Part shown: positions 1 through 12,464 of the stretch, piece after piece | Position numbering within the stretch: the stretch's first letter is position 1 | Layout of the letters: the number at the start of each line of letters is the position of its first letter | Assembly: GCA_040954595.2 (NCBI GenBank) | Contig: CM082578.2 | Span: 4,880,831-4,944,830, forward strand | Direction of reading: 5' to 3' | Length of the DNA stretch: 64,000 bases | Origin: Balanoglossus misakiensis | Lineage: Eukaryota; Animalia; Hemichordata | Made by a program: the position numbers and the translations under genes | The notes under the pieces: generated by a model | Database searches by the model: none | What the model was told of the DNA's origin: nothing | What the model saw: only the letters and a program-made list of their open reading frames with translations

Positions 1-2941
1 CGCTGTGCACTGCATTGGGAGGTGCACTGGCAAAGATAAACGACGTCGAAGAAGACTTGTATTTGAAAGGTTTGTGATCTGTCGGACGCATAACATTGAT
101 TCGGATGTTTATTTTCGTACAAAGGCAAAGTATTGAGCATGGACATTGTTTAAAGATGAGTTAATCAGAATGTGTTCTCCTCCAAAAGAGATTCGCCATC
201 AAATGTTGACGCTTCTTCTCCAGTCAAGTAGTACATGCAGATCTGGGTAGTCCATCTACTTGACAACGATACCATTTATTTAAAGGGACAAAGTCTCTCT
301 CTCGCTGCCCTTTTCCATTAATTATGTTTGATACAAGACACTGTTTATGTCAATGTACATGTGGATATATAATGAATCAACGTTCGACCACATACAACTT
401 CCATCCCGTTTGTAGGATATGAGAGTAAAAATCTCGCCAAAATGAATAAATGGTGTACACCGATTATTCATTTTGGCGAGTTTTTCACTCTCGTGTCTAC
501 AAGTGGGATGGAAGGTGTGTGTTGTCGAATGCTGTTTCAATATATATATCCACATGTAGAATAATGTAAACATTGTCTTGTATCAAACATAATTAATGGA
601 AAAGGGGCAGCGAGGTATCAAACATAATTGATGGAAAAAGGGCAACGAGAGAGAGGCTCTTTAAGGAAAAAAATTAATTAAGTTTACGAAGCCCAATCTC
701 TTTTATTGTCACAGGGTATACAGAAGGCACAGTTAATCTGTGGCTGGGTGCAAACGATCGCCAGAATGAGGAAATGTGGAGATGGGAAGACGGTACCTCG
801 GTGAGTCTTTGTGTGATTCTATTGCCATGGCTGTACGATATTCACGATGACGTGGATGTGATTAGTTTGTGAGAAGCATCAAACCCTGGTCGATTTGACA
901 TTGCACACCAACCGTCAAAGACGGACAGCTAAACCAACCAACCAACCAACCAACCATGTACCCAACCAACCAATCGGCCAAAGAACACCGAGTCTCGCAT
1001 ACGCATGCAAGTACTGCTGTATGCGGGTTCCAATGCATAAAGTCGTATATGTAGAGTAAAGCCGCAATTCTCTACCGCACACCCACAACATAACTCTCAA
1101 TTCTTTGGCAGATGACGTACACTAATTGGAAAACCGGCCAGCCAGACAACACCGACAATGTCGAACACTGCTTGCATTTCTACGATAAATGGCAAGCGAA
1201 ATGGAACGATAACAATTGCGATTTTCTCATGGGATTTATCTGCGAAAAAGAAACACGTAAGTATTTTTCTCACATCTATTCACAACACTGCAATATTTTT
1301 TACGAGTATAAGTTTATTTGGTCTTTATATTTTATTCTTTTGTTTCCCACACTACTTAAAATTACTTATTTTTACGTCAAGGTAAGCCTATAAACACCAA
1401 TGAATTTTGAAAACAAGACTAAATGGTAAAAAGTTTACATCTAGCATTTTTCGATTTTTCATTCAGTTGGTATAAGATGTGTGATGAAATGGCCGAGTCA
1501 GCATCTGTCTTGTGCACCAAACGGATAGAACTTTAATTGGCAGCTATTGGGGTTTTAAGCTTGAAATTAATTGTTATACCAAACATTTCGGCGCATGACA
1601 CGACGACTTACTGTGTGGTGCCGCGACCAGAATTTAGCGAATTTCAATTTATGTAAGACCAAATTCAATACAGGAAAAATGGAACCAAGCAAAATCTGCC
1701 TCCGACACATTGCAGCGCACAAATGACAAAGTTCCGAAAAAATGCACCGGTCACACCGGGTATAAACCCTCATTTCAGCTTCATTTACAACGATTTTCTG
1801 CCAGCAGGTGATTCGGCATGCGCAGTCACCGCTGTTGGGTTAGAGAGTGGCGGCATACCGGACTCACAGATAACAGCCAGTAGCAACCATAATCACATCC
1901 ACATGTCCCATCAAGGGAGACTGAACTACGCTGGGCCCGGATCGCATGCTTGGTGTGTCTTGCAGAATATCGCCGGAGAGTGGCTGCAAGTTGACCTTGG
2001 TTACGAGAGACTAGTAACAAAAGTGGCAACCCAGGTGAGTCAATTGTCATGACTGAACAGTGACGAACGTGGGAGCTGTCTGTCTGTCTGTCCACTCTCG
2101 GTTACTCAAACCCCTCTGCAAAACGGAAGAAGCAGAGGGCTCTGGGTAACCGAGACTATCTGTCCACCAATCTTTTATGGAGGACACTTTCCTATAAAGA
2201 TTGGCAACAGGTAATGAGTGGCGCCCTCCCCCTCCCCCCACGTTCGATGAATACCACGTGACGTACTGCCACAACACATTAAAGCCTTATTTGGTATTGT
2301 GGTACATGTATTATAGGGACGCGGTGACTGCTGTGACCAATGGGTGAAGACGTTTCATTTAAAATACTATGGGGACGGTGAATGGAAATATGTTACTGAC
2401 GAAAACCACTCAACTATGGTAAGTGTTCGCGTCGCCCGCTCCATTTTAAGTGATATTACTTCGGAAAACATGTCTTCAAGTTTCGTGTCGTAAAACCCAT
2501 TTCACACATCATCATAAATCACGTTATATCGAGCTTACTGGCAATTTTTATACTGAACAAGATGAAAGTAAAATCTGCTCATCCATACATCATGTTTGTG
2601 CAGGCTTTTTTGTTTTCATGTGCTTTAAATTGTGTTTCTCTTCCTGATGAAGTTATGATGGACAGATGAACATACACTTGTATAATCATTGGCGTTGGCT
2701 TGTAACACCTGGCACCGTGACAACAGCATTACTAAAAACGACGAACGGACAAAGTTGATAAATCTCTTATAAATTGAGGGTGCTTTTCACATTCCAGACA
2801 TTCCAAGGGAATTCTGATGGGAACACCATCGTCTACCACTACTTGGTAGAAAACTCGTTCACCACTCAGTTCGTCCGATTTTATCCCCTGACGTGGAGCA
2901 ACCACATTTCAATGAGAGCGGAGATCTACGCATGTGAATAG
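1..2941 (+). CDS. C-type lectin + F5/8 type C (discoidin) domain protein, 5'-partial; exons <1-69, 715-800, 1112-1256, 1805(or 1808)-2034, 2317-2418, 2798-2941
   Basis: GT-AG exons join in phase. CTLD: LCTALGGALAKIND..WLGANDRQNEEMWRWEDG..YTNWKTGQPDN..EHC..WNDNNC..FICE (QPD/WND sugar-binding motifs). F5/8C: GLESGGIPDSQITASS..GRLN..AWC..EWLQVDLG..VATQGR..WVKTF..FQGNSD..VRFYPLTW..ISMRAEIYACE*. AATAAA near 3094. Confidence 0.9.
284..660. mobile_element. Kolobok/T2-type foldback MITE, copy 1 (right end degenerate and partly duplicated)
   Basis: TTAA|AGGGACAAAGTCTCTCT left end and long internal inverted repeat; same family as 33952, 50795 and 60386. Confidence 0.75.
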
Positions 2942-3557
2942 AACCACGGGATGTTGGTCTTTACTCGACAAGAAATGATCTAAGTCTTTTTCTGAAAATT
3001 ATCAAGCGTGTTTACAAATTTACAAATACTGTCCAGAACATTTTCCCTGGTCTTTCCTAAGTCCACGGGCCCAATTCTGCTATGATAAATATAAATAAAC
3101 GTCTGGCAAATTTGATAGATAACATAGCGTGAGTGAAGTACATACGTCGAGATTGGCGTGATGAGTAAGCAATGGCAAGCCAGGTATTTTTCTAAGTTTC
3201 CTTTGTTATATATCGGTTGCCTGTTGAAATAATTTGACTAGAGATCTTAATTGACTATTTCATGCCACTGAGCTGTAAAAATCTTGAAATTTCGAATTAT
3301 TGTTCGACAAACTTTTGACAAATGCCGATTTGGGTGGAGGGTTACACTTTTCCGTATTGTGTGGATAGACCGGGTGTCTCTGCGTTCATGATTCGTTGCT
3401 ATTGTAATTCTTTTAAGATAAATAAATTGGTTGACCACAATGCCTAACACGTCAGCGTTTAACATAAGCACCATCTCAATCCTCCATAACTTTGGCCACC
3501 GTTGTGTTGACTGATATATTCGCACGACGACGGAAATTACCGCCTACGTGCGTGCTT

Positions 3558-4145
3558 ATGCATGCATGCATGCATGCATACATACATACATACATACATA
3601 CATACATACATACATACATACATACATACATACATACATACATACATACATACATACATACATACATACATACATACATACATACATACACACATACATA
3701 CACACACGCACACACACACACATACATACATACATACATACATACATACATACATACATACATACATACATACATACATACATACATACATACATACATA
3801 CATGTACATACATACATACATACATACATACATACATACATACATACATACATACATACATACATACATACATACATACATACATACATACATACATACA
3901 TACATACATACATACATACATACATACATACATGTACATACATACATACATACATACATACATACATACATACATACATACATACATACATACATACATA
4001 CATACATACATACATACATACATACATACATACATACATACATACATACATACATACATACATACATACATACATACATACATACATACATACATACATA
4101 CATACATACATACATACATACATACATACATACATACATACATAC
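3558..4145. repeat. (CATA)n microsatellite, about 590 bp
   Basis: Direct reading; source of the spurious MYVC/HTYI ORFs. Confidence 0.99.
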
Positions 4146-4467
4146 AGAAGGCGGTAAAATCTCTACAACGCTGTTTCGTGAGTCACTAGACTCACTCATC
4201 AGGAGACTAAACTGGCGAAAATGCAAGGGGGAAGGCGCGTTTTTATGCAGGTATACATACATAAATACATACATACATGACAGCGAGACACTTTCTTATA
4301 CTGTATATTTTATTGTCATAGTATGCTTTTTTATCAGTTGCGAGTTGCGATATATCCATTACATGTACGTGTTATTGTTAAATTTCACAATAAATTTGTC
4401 ATAAACCCACCACCAATAGTTCGATTCTTTTAAAGCAACGGCGGTTCATCTTTGTCTTCACATTACT

Positions 4468-6441
4468 TTAATAATAACGGCATTGACTTGTTTGGTCAGC
4501 TGAAAGATAAACAAAATATGTAATTAGAGAAAAAAGTGAAGTTTCTAAGGTACATGCATTGGTTGCCCTACTACACTATGCTAAATGTGTCATTATCATA
4601 ATACCTAGATTCGCGTGCTTCTGTAACTCTCTAAGAAAGAGCGCCCTCACAACCGGGCATTTTTTACGTATCACGCCCCAGTCTCGGTTACCCAGACACT
4701 TCTGCTTCTCGGAGCGCGGGTATGTTTATGATGGAAGTGAAGCTAAAATCAATACACCTACTGGCACAAATGTACGTAAATTTTACAACAGACATGCGCA
4801 TTAGCCCACTTCCGGAATGCCAAAAAATTAGCACTTTACGAAATGGCGGATGGAGTTTATCTGCGATATAGGGATACTAAGTATATCTTGCTCGTACGGC
4901 CGGGCTCTTCCGCCGTACAACCTCGGTCCGCAAATCCCATACCTTGGGCGGGGGGGGGGGGGTAAAGATTACTGATAAGACCATTTGGAAGGTCTTTCCC
5001 GTGTGATTCGAATTCAAAATGTCAAAAAGACTTTCCAAAGTGTTATACAATGTTATTTGACATATTCAAACCAAGATGATGGAAGGTAATCTCTTCTTGA
5101 AAAAGTGCTTAAAACAAACTTACGGCAGTCATCATCGAGTGCGTTCACATCTCCGGCTACGGTCACAGAGCTACCGCTGTCCGTCCACGAAAACACATTA
5201 CCAACTTTCCGATCCCCATAACGACAGTTTTGACAGATAAGAAGTAACGTGTCGAAGCCCATGTCATAGTCGAACAGTTGTAACCTGGTGAGTTTTCCGA
5301 CAAATGCTTGGTATTTTTTCTGGGAGACGACACCCAAGACATCCTGGTCCTGCCCCAGGAAGAAGACGCCGCCGCCTGGAATCGTAGTTCCTGTCGCCAG
5401 CCCAGCGCCACTTCCGATACTTTCGCCATCAACAGAAATTCCAACTTTTCCCTCCTGACTCGACCAATAGGCACACACGTGATGCCAATTCGTGTCAGCC
5501 AGATTAGTCAGCTTCGAAAGTGCAGCGTAATTCATGACGTGCAGTCTCAAGCGAGTACCATAATCTTCTTGGCGCAACATCAGATCATTGCACCAGAGCT
5601 CTCCGCTGCCGCAGTAGGAGAATAAGGCAGCCTCTTCGGTCGACTGTTGGCCCGCCGACGCAGTTTTCTGCCATATACACACTGTCATCTCCGTCATGGT
5701 AGGAACGTCTACATTAACTCTAACATCTGATTCTGTTGAAGTAAACTCGAGTGTTTTGTCGGCAGCTAGCGAGAGAGAGAGAGAGAGGGTGGGGGAGAGA
5801 GAGAGATTACTATATAATACTGAAAGTACATGTATTTCAAACCTTCCTGTGCGATATTTGCCTTAATTACTGTTGATTTATTCTTCAAAAAGCACACACA
5901 CGTGGGCTGCATCTGAAAATCGTACAAAGACGAATAGGTTCGTTGAATTCTATCATAACACAGAAACACATTTAGACTATACATGTATTTAGAGTAGTTT
6001 TACAAACTTACTATTTACGTTTCCCGAAGCATACCTCTTCATAATAGTAAGCTCGGATATCTCAGCGCAATCCAGTGTAAGCAACTGAAGAAGAAATAAA
6101 TGTATATAGAATTTGTAAGATTGGGGCCGGTGTTTAATCCAATAATACTTTATTCAACAACTATGAGCAAGTGAATTAGCTGAAGCTAATGTACGTGAAA
6201 GGTGGAAGTGAGCTTTTGGTGACCAATCCGACTGTGGACAGGATACGAATAGGGACCGTAACAACACACACCTGCGCACACTGTCACTTACACCATCTAA
6301 CCAATTGAAACCAAACTAGTCTGAGCCAATGGGCTATATCCGAAACCCCAAAAAATTATCGAGTGGAAGTGACAATTCGAATCAACTTACCTGACAGACT
6401 GCAACTGCAATCAGGAACACAACTTTCAACCCAACAGCCAT
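4468..6441 (-). CDS. Secreted pentraxin-domain protein, about 265 aa; exons 6441-6391, 6084-6012, 5765-5124, 4499-4468
   Basis: Signal peptide MAVGLKVVFLIAVAVCQLLTLDCA. Pentraxin features MTVCIW, LFSY, WHHVCAYWSS (HxCxxWxS-like signature), LGQDQD, AFVGKL. Phases consistent with GT-AG sites. The last exon (PDQTSQCRYY*) is less certain. AATAAA on the minus strand near 4310. Confidence 0.88.
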
Positions 6442-7632
6442 CGTTCTTCGTTATCGCTGGACCGATGATCTCAGGAAGAGCAACCAGTGAATGTCTGTGA
6501 ATTGTCCGTCTACTGGTCTCCCTTTTATGCAATTTTTTTCTTTGCTGATTCAACAGAATTCTATATTTTTCTATTCCTAAATTTAGCACGGTAAATCAAC
6601 CACTTATGCAAATGGTATGGGACATAAAAAAATGCGCATACTGCCACGTGATAGAAAGCTAGTTGTCAGTAGCCATACAGAATCACACGCTTAAGTGAAT
6701 TGTCGTAAAATTAATACATTTAGAAAATAGAAACCCACTTTGTTTAAAAATAAGGCTTTTAGCTTAACATGTTCTTAAAATGCATTTTCCTCATATTTAA
6801 TGAAAGGAAAACTTCTAAAATTATCTTTTTCCATGTCCGGCGAAAAATCGTGTCAGCTAATCTACTGATGTCACACATTTATGATTATTGACGGGGTTCT
6901 AAAGTTAACTTAAATAGATAAATTTAATATATTTCAAAATTAGAAACTCACTTTATTTAAAAATAAGGTTTTTAGCTTAACATGCACTACATCTATTTTT
7001 ATATGCAAGATCTGTAGACAGTGTGAATATTTCGTGAGTTGGCTGATGGTTCCGGAATCTCAAATTGACTAAATTTGTCTTATTCGGCACATAGTTACGG
7101 AAATCACACTATTTATGAAATTCAGCCCAAAAGTTTATACACGGGCTACAGTTCTGTTGAATTCAAAACCAGACTTGGGTCTCCCCAGCATAGTTCAGAA
7201 AGTTTGAGAAAGAACAAAAATCAAGAGAAGTTACGGCGCTTTGAAATATTCATTTACTTTGTAGACAATTAGCATTTCGGAAGAAGAATCATGGGCTGCG
7301 TGAATAATCTTTACGGTCCTAGGCCTGATACGCCGTACGACCGAGGGCCGCAAAACCCGTATCAGGACCGTAAAGGTTTTATCATATGCCTTATTGAACA
7401 ATAATCAACAAGAAATTAATAAAATACACATTCTGTAATATTTTGGAATGTGAATGTTACGTTTTTATCTATCGTTTTGAAATGATCAATCGCGTAGCAT
7501 AGAGCCGTATTTCTCCAGTTCTTGCTGATTGATACAAAAATGTGATATGCACGATGTCATTTGTTTACATTCTATTGCACGTGAGATATAGACGCGCTCG
7601 AACTCACACAGCCGAGCGCGAGCAAAACGTTA

Positions 7633-9160
7633 TTAGGTCCCATTGGTATAGGCCTATGTCATGTATGTACCATGGGACCTTATGGGATGGGTTGCGTCTG
7701 TATGTATGTATGGATGGATGGATGGATGGATGGATGTATGGATGTATGTCTGTATGTCCGTCCACATCAAAAACTTGAAAACAGCTGCGCGTATCACCTC
7801 AATATTTGGTGTGTAGGTGCAGGCAGGGCTGTAGATGGGAGTTTGTCCAAACGAAGTTGCCAGGCCCAAAAAAATGCAAATTAGCTTGTAAAATGTGAAA
7901 TTTATCAAAACTCTGTAAGTCAACAATTACTGGTCAGATTGCTTTGAAAATTGGTATGCATGTACCTTATGTCAACCTCACACCGACCTGTAAGTGTTAA
8001 GTTGATATCATGGATGTTTTATTTTTTATGAATTTTTTAGTCTTTTTATTAAATTTATACCTTTACTTATACCTCTATGGTTAAGCTATGTCCACGTCTT
8101 ATTGTGGAATTCTGGTCTGTGCAATAGTCCTGTACAGTGACTGTCTATTGGTCAGTGAGCACAATGGGGCCAAAATAAAAGGCAAATTTTTGGGCTCACC
8201 TGTAACACCTGCTTTACACATTAATTATGTGCATACCTAATTCCGGGCTAACTAATAGGGCTAGAGGTTTCGTTCTTGTGGGACATGGACCAGTATAGGG
8301 TCAAAATTTCTTGCCAAAATTTTGGGTGACCTCAGGTGACCTTTGACCTACTTTCCTATATCTCGGTATCCAGAGCAGGTACAGACTTGGCGTTTGGAGG
8401 GTTGGGACTAAAATTGAAAAGCCAAAATATGGGTCACCTGTGACACCTGCATATCTCATTAATTATGTGCATACCTAATTCCGGGCTAACCAATAGGGCT
8501 ATAGGTTTGGTTTTTGTTGAACATGGACCAGTATAGGGTCAAAATTTCTTGCCCAAATTTTGCATGACCTCAGGTGACCTTTGACCTACTTTTCCATATC
8601 TTGGCATCCAGAGCAGGTACAGACTTGGCGTTTGGAGGGTTGGGACTAAAATTGAAAAGCCAAAATTGGGGGTCACCTGTGACACCTGCATATCTCATTA
8701 ATTATGTGCATACCTAATTCCAGGCTAACCAATAAGGCTTTAGGTTTGGTTTTTGTTGAACATGGACCAGTATAAGGTCAAAATTTCTTGCCCAAATTTT
8801 GCATGACCTCAGGTGACCTTTGACCTACTTTATCATATCTTGGCATCCAGAGCAGGTACAGACTTCGCATTTGGAGGGTTGGGACTAAAATTGAAAAGCC
8901 AAAATTGGGGTTCACTTGTGACACCTGCATATCTCATTAATTATGTGCATACCTAATTCCAGGCTAACCAATAGGGCTATAGGTTTGGTTTTTGTTGAAC
9001 ATGGACCAGTATAGGGTCAAAATTTCTTGCCCAAATTTTGCATGCCCTCAGGTGACCTTTGACCTACTTTTCCATATCTTTGCATCCAGGGCAGATATGC
9101 TTATTGCTATGTTGCTATGTGCTATGTCCTCAAATGGGACCACAGTGTCCTTGACGCTAT
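7633..9160 (+). mobile_element. Helentron-associated (HINE/DINE-1-like) non-autonomous element with 4 internal 239-bp tandem repeats
   Basis: 5' GGTCCCATT with a nearby inverted partner ATGGGACC, (GGAT/GTAT)n tract, 238-239-bp units, 3' AATGGGACC plus hairpin AGTGTC-CTT-GACGCT then a T-run. Second copy at 44615. Confidence 0.8.
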
Positions 9161-9595
9161 TTTTTTTTCTTCGCGACGATCGACGCCGACAGTCACACAT
9201 TAATCAGATCAAATAATCAATTTTACTATTCAAATTTCCAAATAAAGCTCTACAACATGCAGCGATTACGGGAGATGATGGGATTCGGTAGCGGATAGGA
9301 CATACACACTGCAAGTGCACTAGTCACTGACACCGCACCAGAAAAATTTAATTCCGAACGTAGCAACGACAACTTTCGAATCTCGCGCAATAAACACAAA
9401 ACTAGATCCGGCTATTGAACGCGTCTTCCAAATATGGTCACCGGGCCGGGGCGTGGTAAGCAAAAAAACTGCACGGATGTGAGGGCGCTTTTCCCCATAG
9501 ACTTTACATGGGCACGTGAATAATGTTATATTTGATTAAGTATCTGTACCAGTACCTGCTTGCTAAAGCTTATAATGTATATGTCATGTATATAA

Positions 9596-10010
9596 GGCCA
9601 GAGAGAATAAAAATCTTGTTCATCGGATTTTTTGGACCTAGTTCCAGGAGCGGCGAGCGAAATTTAAAAAAAAAAAAATTTAGGCAGAAGGTAAATGCGG
9701 TTCTCTGGCATATTTGCCCAGATGCGGAAAAGGCGAGATAATTGTTTCCCTTTTTACCAGAAATATCTCAGACAAAAACACTGATACATGTACTTGTAAC
9801 TGAATTCAATACTACATGTATAATATTTCCCAACAATAACATAGGCCATTACATTTACAGTTGGTGTTTGCACAACATATTCTGGCCACCAGCGGCAGTA
9901 CTAAGAATTTTGTAACGCGGAACTAGAATTTGCCGAGATCCAAAAAAATTCCAAATCAGCCAAAGTAGAAGCGGCGATTCCGATGAACAATTTATTTTTT
10001 CTTCCTGGCC
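9596..10010. mobile_element. PIF/Harbinger-type MITE
   Basis: TAA|GGCCAG...TTGTTCATCGGA ... TCCGATGAACAA...CTGGCC|TAA: imperfect TIRs and TAA TSD. Confidence 0.75.
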
Positions 10011-10244
10011 TAAGTTATCCGTTGAAGTTAACTGAGTTTAGAACCAATTCAACTAGATATTACTAAAGTGGATTTCGCTAACGATGTAGTCACACACAGT
10101 TCTGAAATCAGCATTCGTCGGACATGAAAAAGTCTACATACATACATATCACCAGCACCGAGCACCTAGCCAAAACAATGACACAGTTTTCAAGGTCACG
10201 TCTGTGTAGGTAAGAGAAGCCACATCATCAGCACCCGTGCACAA

Positions 10245-10959
10245 CCAGAAAAATTTTCAAATCCCCCCTTCCGAACTGCTAAAATTTTGAAATCCCCCCC
10301 CCCACATTTTCTTTCACACAGCAAAACACATCACCTATCTATCTTATAAAAAAGAAAAACAGCGCTCCGTGAAAAGAATTTGAAAATGATGTTTTCCCTC
10401 ATCGGTCAGTGGGTATTAAAACTGAACATTGTTTATATTTTTAAGTCTTAGTATTCTGTGTTGGCAGACATCGTACACCGAGAAGTGACGGGGTTGGTGT
10501 GGGAGGGGGTGTCCCCCTCCCACGTAAGAAAATTTTATAAAATACAGAGCTCAAAGCTGCATTTTAATGAACCCAAAAGCAAATTTAACTCAACTACCGG
10601 TATGTTGGGGAGGACAAATTTAACCTTTCCCGCTCAAAGTTAGCATGGGGGGGGGGGGGGGGGGGCAAGTTCCCTGACCTGGGACTCTAGATAAACAAGT
10701 CAATGATTGAAAGGTGTTGATGAATGACGGGGGTGGGTGTGGGAGGGGGTGTCCCCCTCCCACATTAGAAAAAATTGTATTATGAAGAGTTCAAAACTGC
10801 CTTATTGTGGACTCAAAATAAATATTTAGTCCTCAAAGTTTTCAAGTTCCCCCCTTTCAGTCCCTAAATTATTTCAAATCCCCCTTACATACCCTCACAT
10901 TTTTCAAATCCCCCCTCAATTCTCCCCCCTCCCCTCCAGAGATGTTTGTGAATGCAGCC
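10245..10959. mobile_element. Truncated non-autonomous DNA element (Harbinger-like right end) containing the roughly 240-bp hairpin module
   Basis: Ends ...TTTGTGAATGCAGCC|TAA, with C-rich subterminal repeats (TTTCAAATCCCCC). Two GTGGGAGGGGG-TGT-CCCCCTCCCAC units 240 bp apart. No matching left TIR seen. Confidence 0.55.
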
Positions 10960-12011
10960 TAACACAGACACGCCACACGTCACCCGGTGTAGTGCGCAAA
11001 CGTTGCACAGCGCCACCACAGTGTGCTTCGTTAATATTCGTCAAATGCATGAACAAAAATGTATCACTGCTACCATAATTCATTTACATTACAATGCCAA
11101 TGTACATGTACATAACAATGCCTTCAAATGACATATAGGACTTCTCTGTATGTTAATTTAGAGAAATATAACGCGACATACGGCATTATATCGCAATTGT
11201 ACTACATACGTACAACAAGAGGGGGACAATTAGGTATTTAAAGATGGCCACTTTTTTGCAATATTTGGTATTTAAACCGTCAGGACCCCATAACTAATTA
11301 AAATCCAATTTTGAAATTCTGCTATAAATGTGAGCGTGACCTTTAACTATTATCACCACATTCCATGCTTTAGTCAGTAGTGTTCCACAAACTGTACAAT
11401 TTCACTACAAGTAAATCAAAATCAGTAGCAATTTGTGTTAAGTATCAGTATATCCACTCTGAAACAATTTATCAGTAAAAGCAGCACCACCACCACAACC
11501 ACATTTCATGCAAGGGTTATTTGGTCAACAGTAAAACGTGCAACTGGTCGAGCAGACCTTCCCCTACTAAACTTAGTTGCATATATCTCTCGGAAAAAGG
11601 CGACGAACTTTGATCAGCGGTTTAATTGGCCACATTAACCACGCCTGCTGTGTGCCACCACAGTACCTCAAGAAAGACGTGTGTGGTGGGACTGTGGTGC
11701 TACGTATACCCACATCAAAATGCTTTGCAATTCGTGAACTTGCGAGATTCGAAGCAGGGAAGTTTGGTACTATGCTGTAGAATCACCGAAGAAAGTTCCT
11801 CGTCGTTTTCCGATAGAGGGCGACACATCACAAGGTCAGCTGATAGAGAATAGCCGACCTGTTGCAGAGTGCTATACATGTATTGAAGAAATGTCGTCAA
11901 CTGAAACTCATTTTTTACCACTTGCTACTGTTAGGCGCTCCATTTAAAACACGATGGAGTACACTTCTAATATTAGGTCCGCCATTTTGGTCCATCATCA
12001 CCACAGTTAGA

Positions 12012-12087
12012 TAGTCTGGTCCCCTGCCCCAATCCCACCTTTAGCGTAGCGCAGCCAGCGGTGGGATTGGTGCAGGGGACCAGACTA
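12012..12087. mobile_element. 76-bp minimal Academ(H)-type MITE
   Basis: TAGTCTGGTCCCCTGC...GCAGGGGACCAGACTA; flanks CACAGTTAGA / CACAGTTATA (10-bp TSD, 1 mismatch); same TIR family as 21052-21448. Confidence 0.75.
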
Positions 12088-12227
12088 CACAGTTATACAT
12101 CGCCCTCAACGATACATGAAAGTCACCGTTTTGTTTCTACACAGCTCTATGGACAGACAACCTTGCCAGTTTCAGACAGCGTATATTTTTCGATGCATAC
12201 ACTTGCACCAGTGGCGCAAAATAGTTA

Positions 12228-12464
12228 CAGGGGCGTAGGAAGCAATTCATGTTTGTTTGTTTTTTTTTGTTTTTTGTTTTTGTTTTTGTTTTGGGGGGGG
12301 GGCAAAGGTAACCAACATTCTGGTGGTGAATGACTTACAATGGAAATTTGCATATGTGAATAAACTAAAATAATTGGGTGGGGTGTAAAGTATGTCTTTG
12401 CCCCCCCCCAACGTCAGCATTAGGGAGGGACAAGTGCCCCCCCCCCCCGGTTCCTACGCCCATC
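12228..12464. mobile_element. hAT-like MITE with 5-bp TSD
   Basis: AGTTA|CAGGGGCGTAGGAA...TTCCTACGCCCATC|AGTTA; related in opposite orientation to 54882-55480. Confidence 0.65.

Noticed and set aside
2317-2331. RGD motif in the discoidin domain
   Set aside because: Overlaps the conserved TQGR motif, so probably coincidental.
3476-4404. Long ORFs (MYVC/HTYI repeats) on both strands
   Set aside because: Translations of the (CATA)n microsatellite.
6718-6985. Local roughly 50-bp duplication upstream of the pentraxin
   Set aside because: AT-rich and degenerate, with no evidence of function.
8200-9100. Regular repeats considered as a CRISPR-like array
   Set aside because: Contiguous 239-bp tandem units without unique spacers, in a eukaryotic context with no cas genes.
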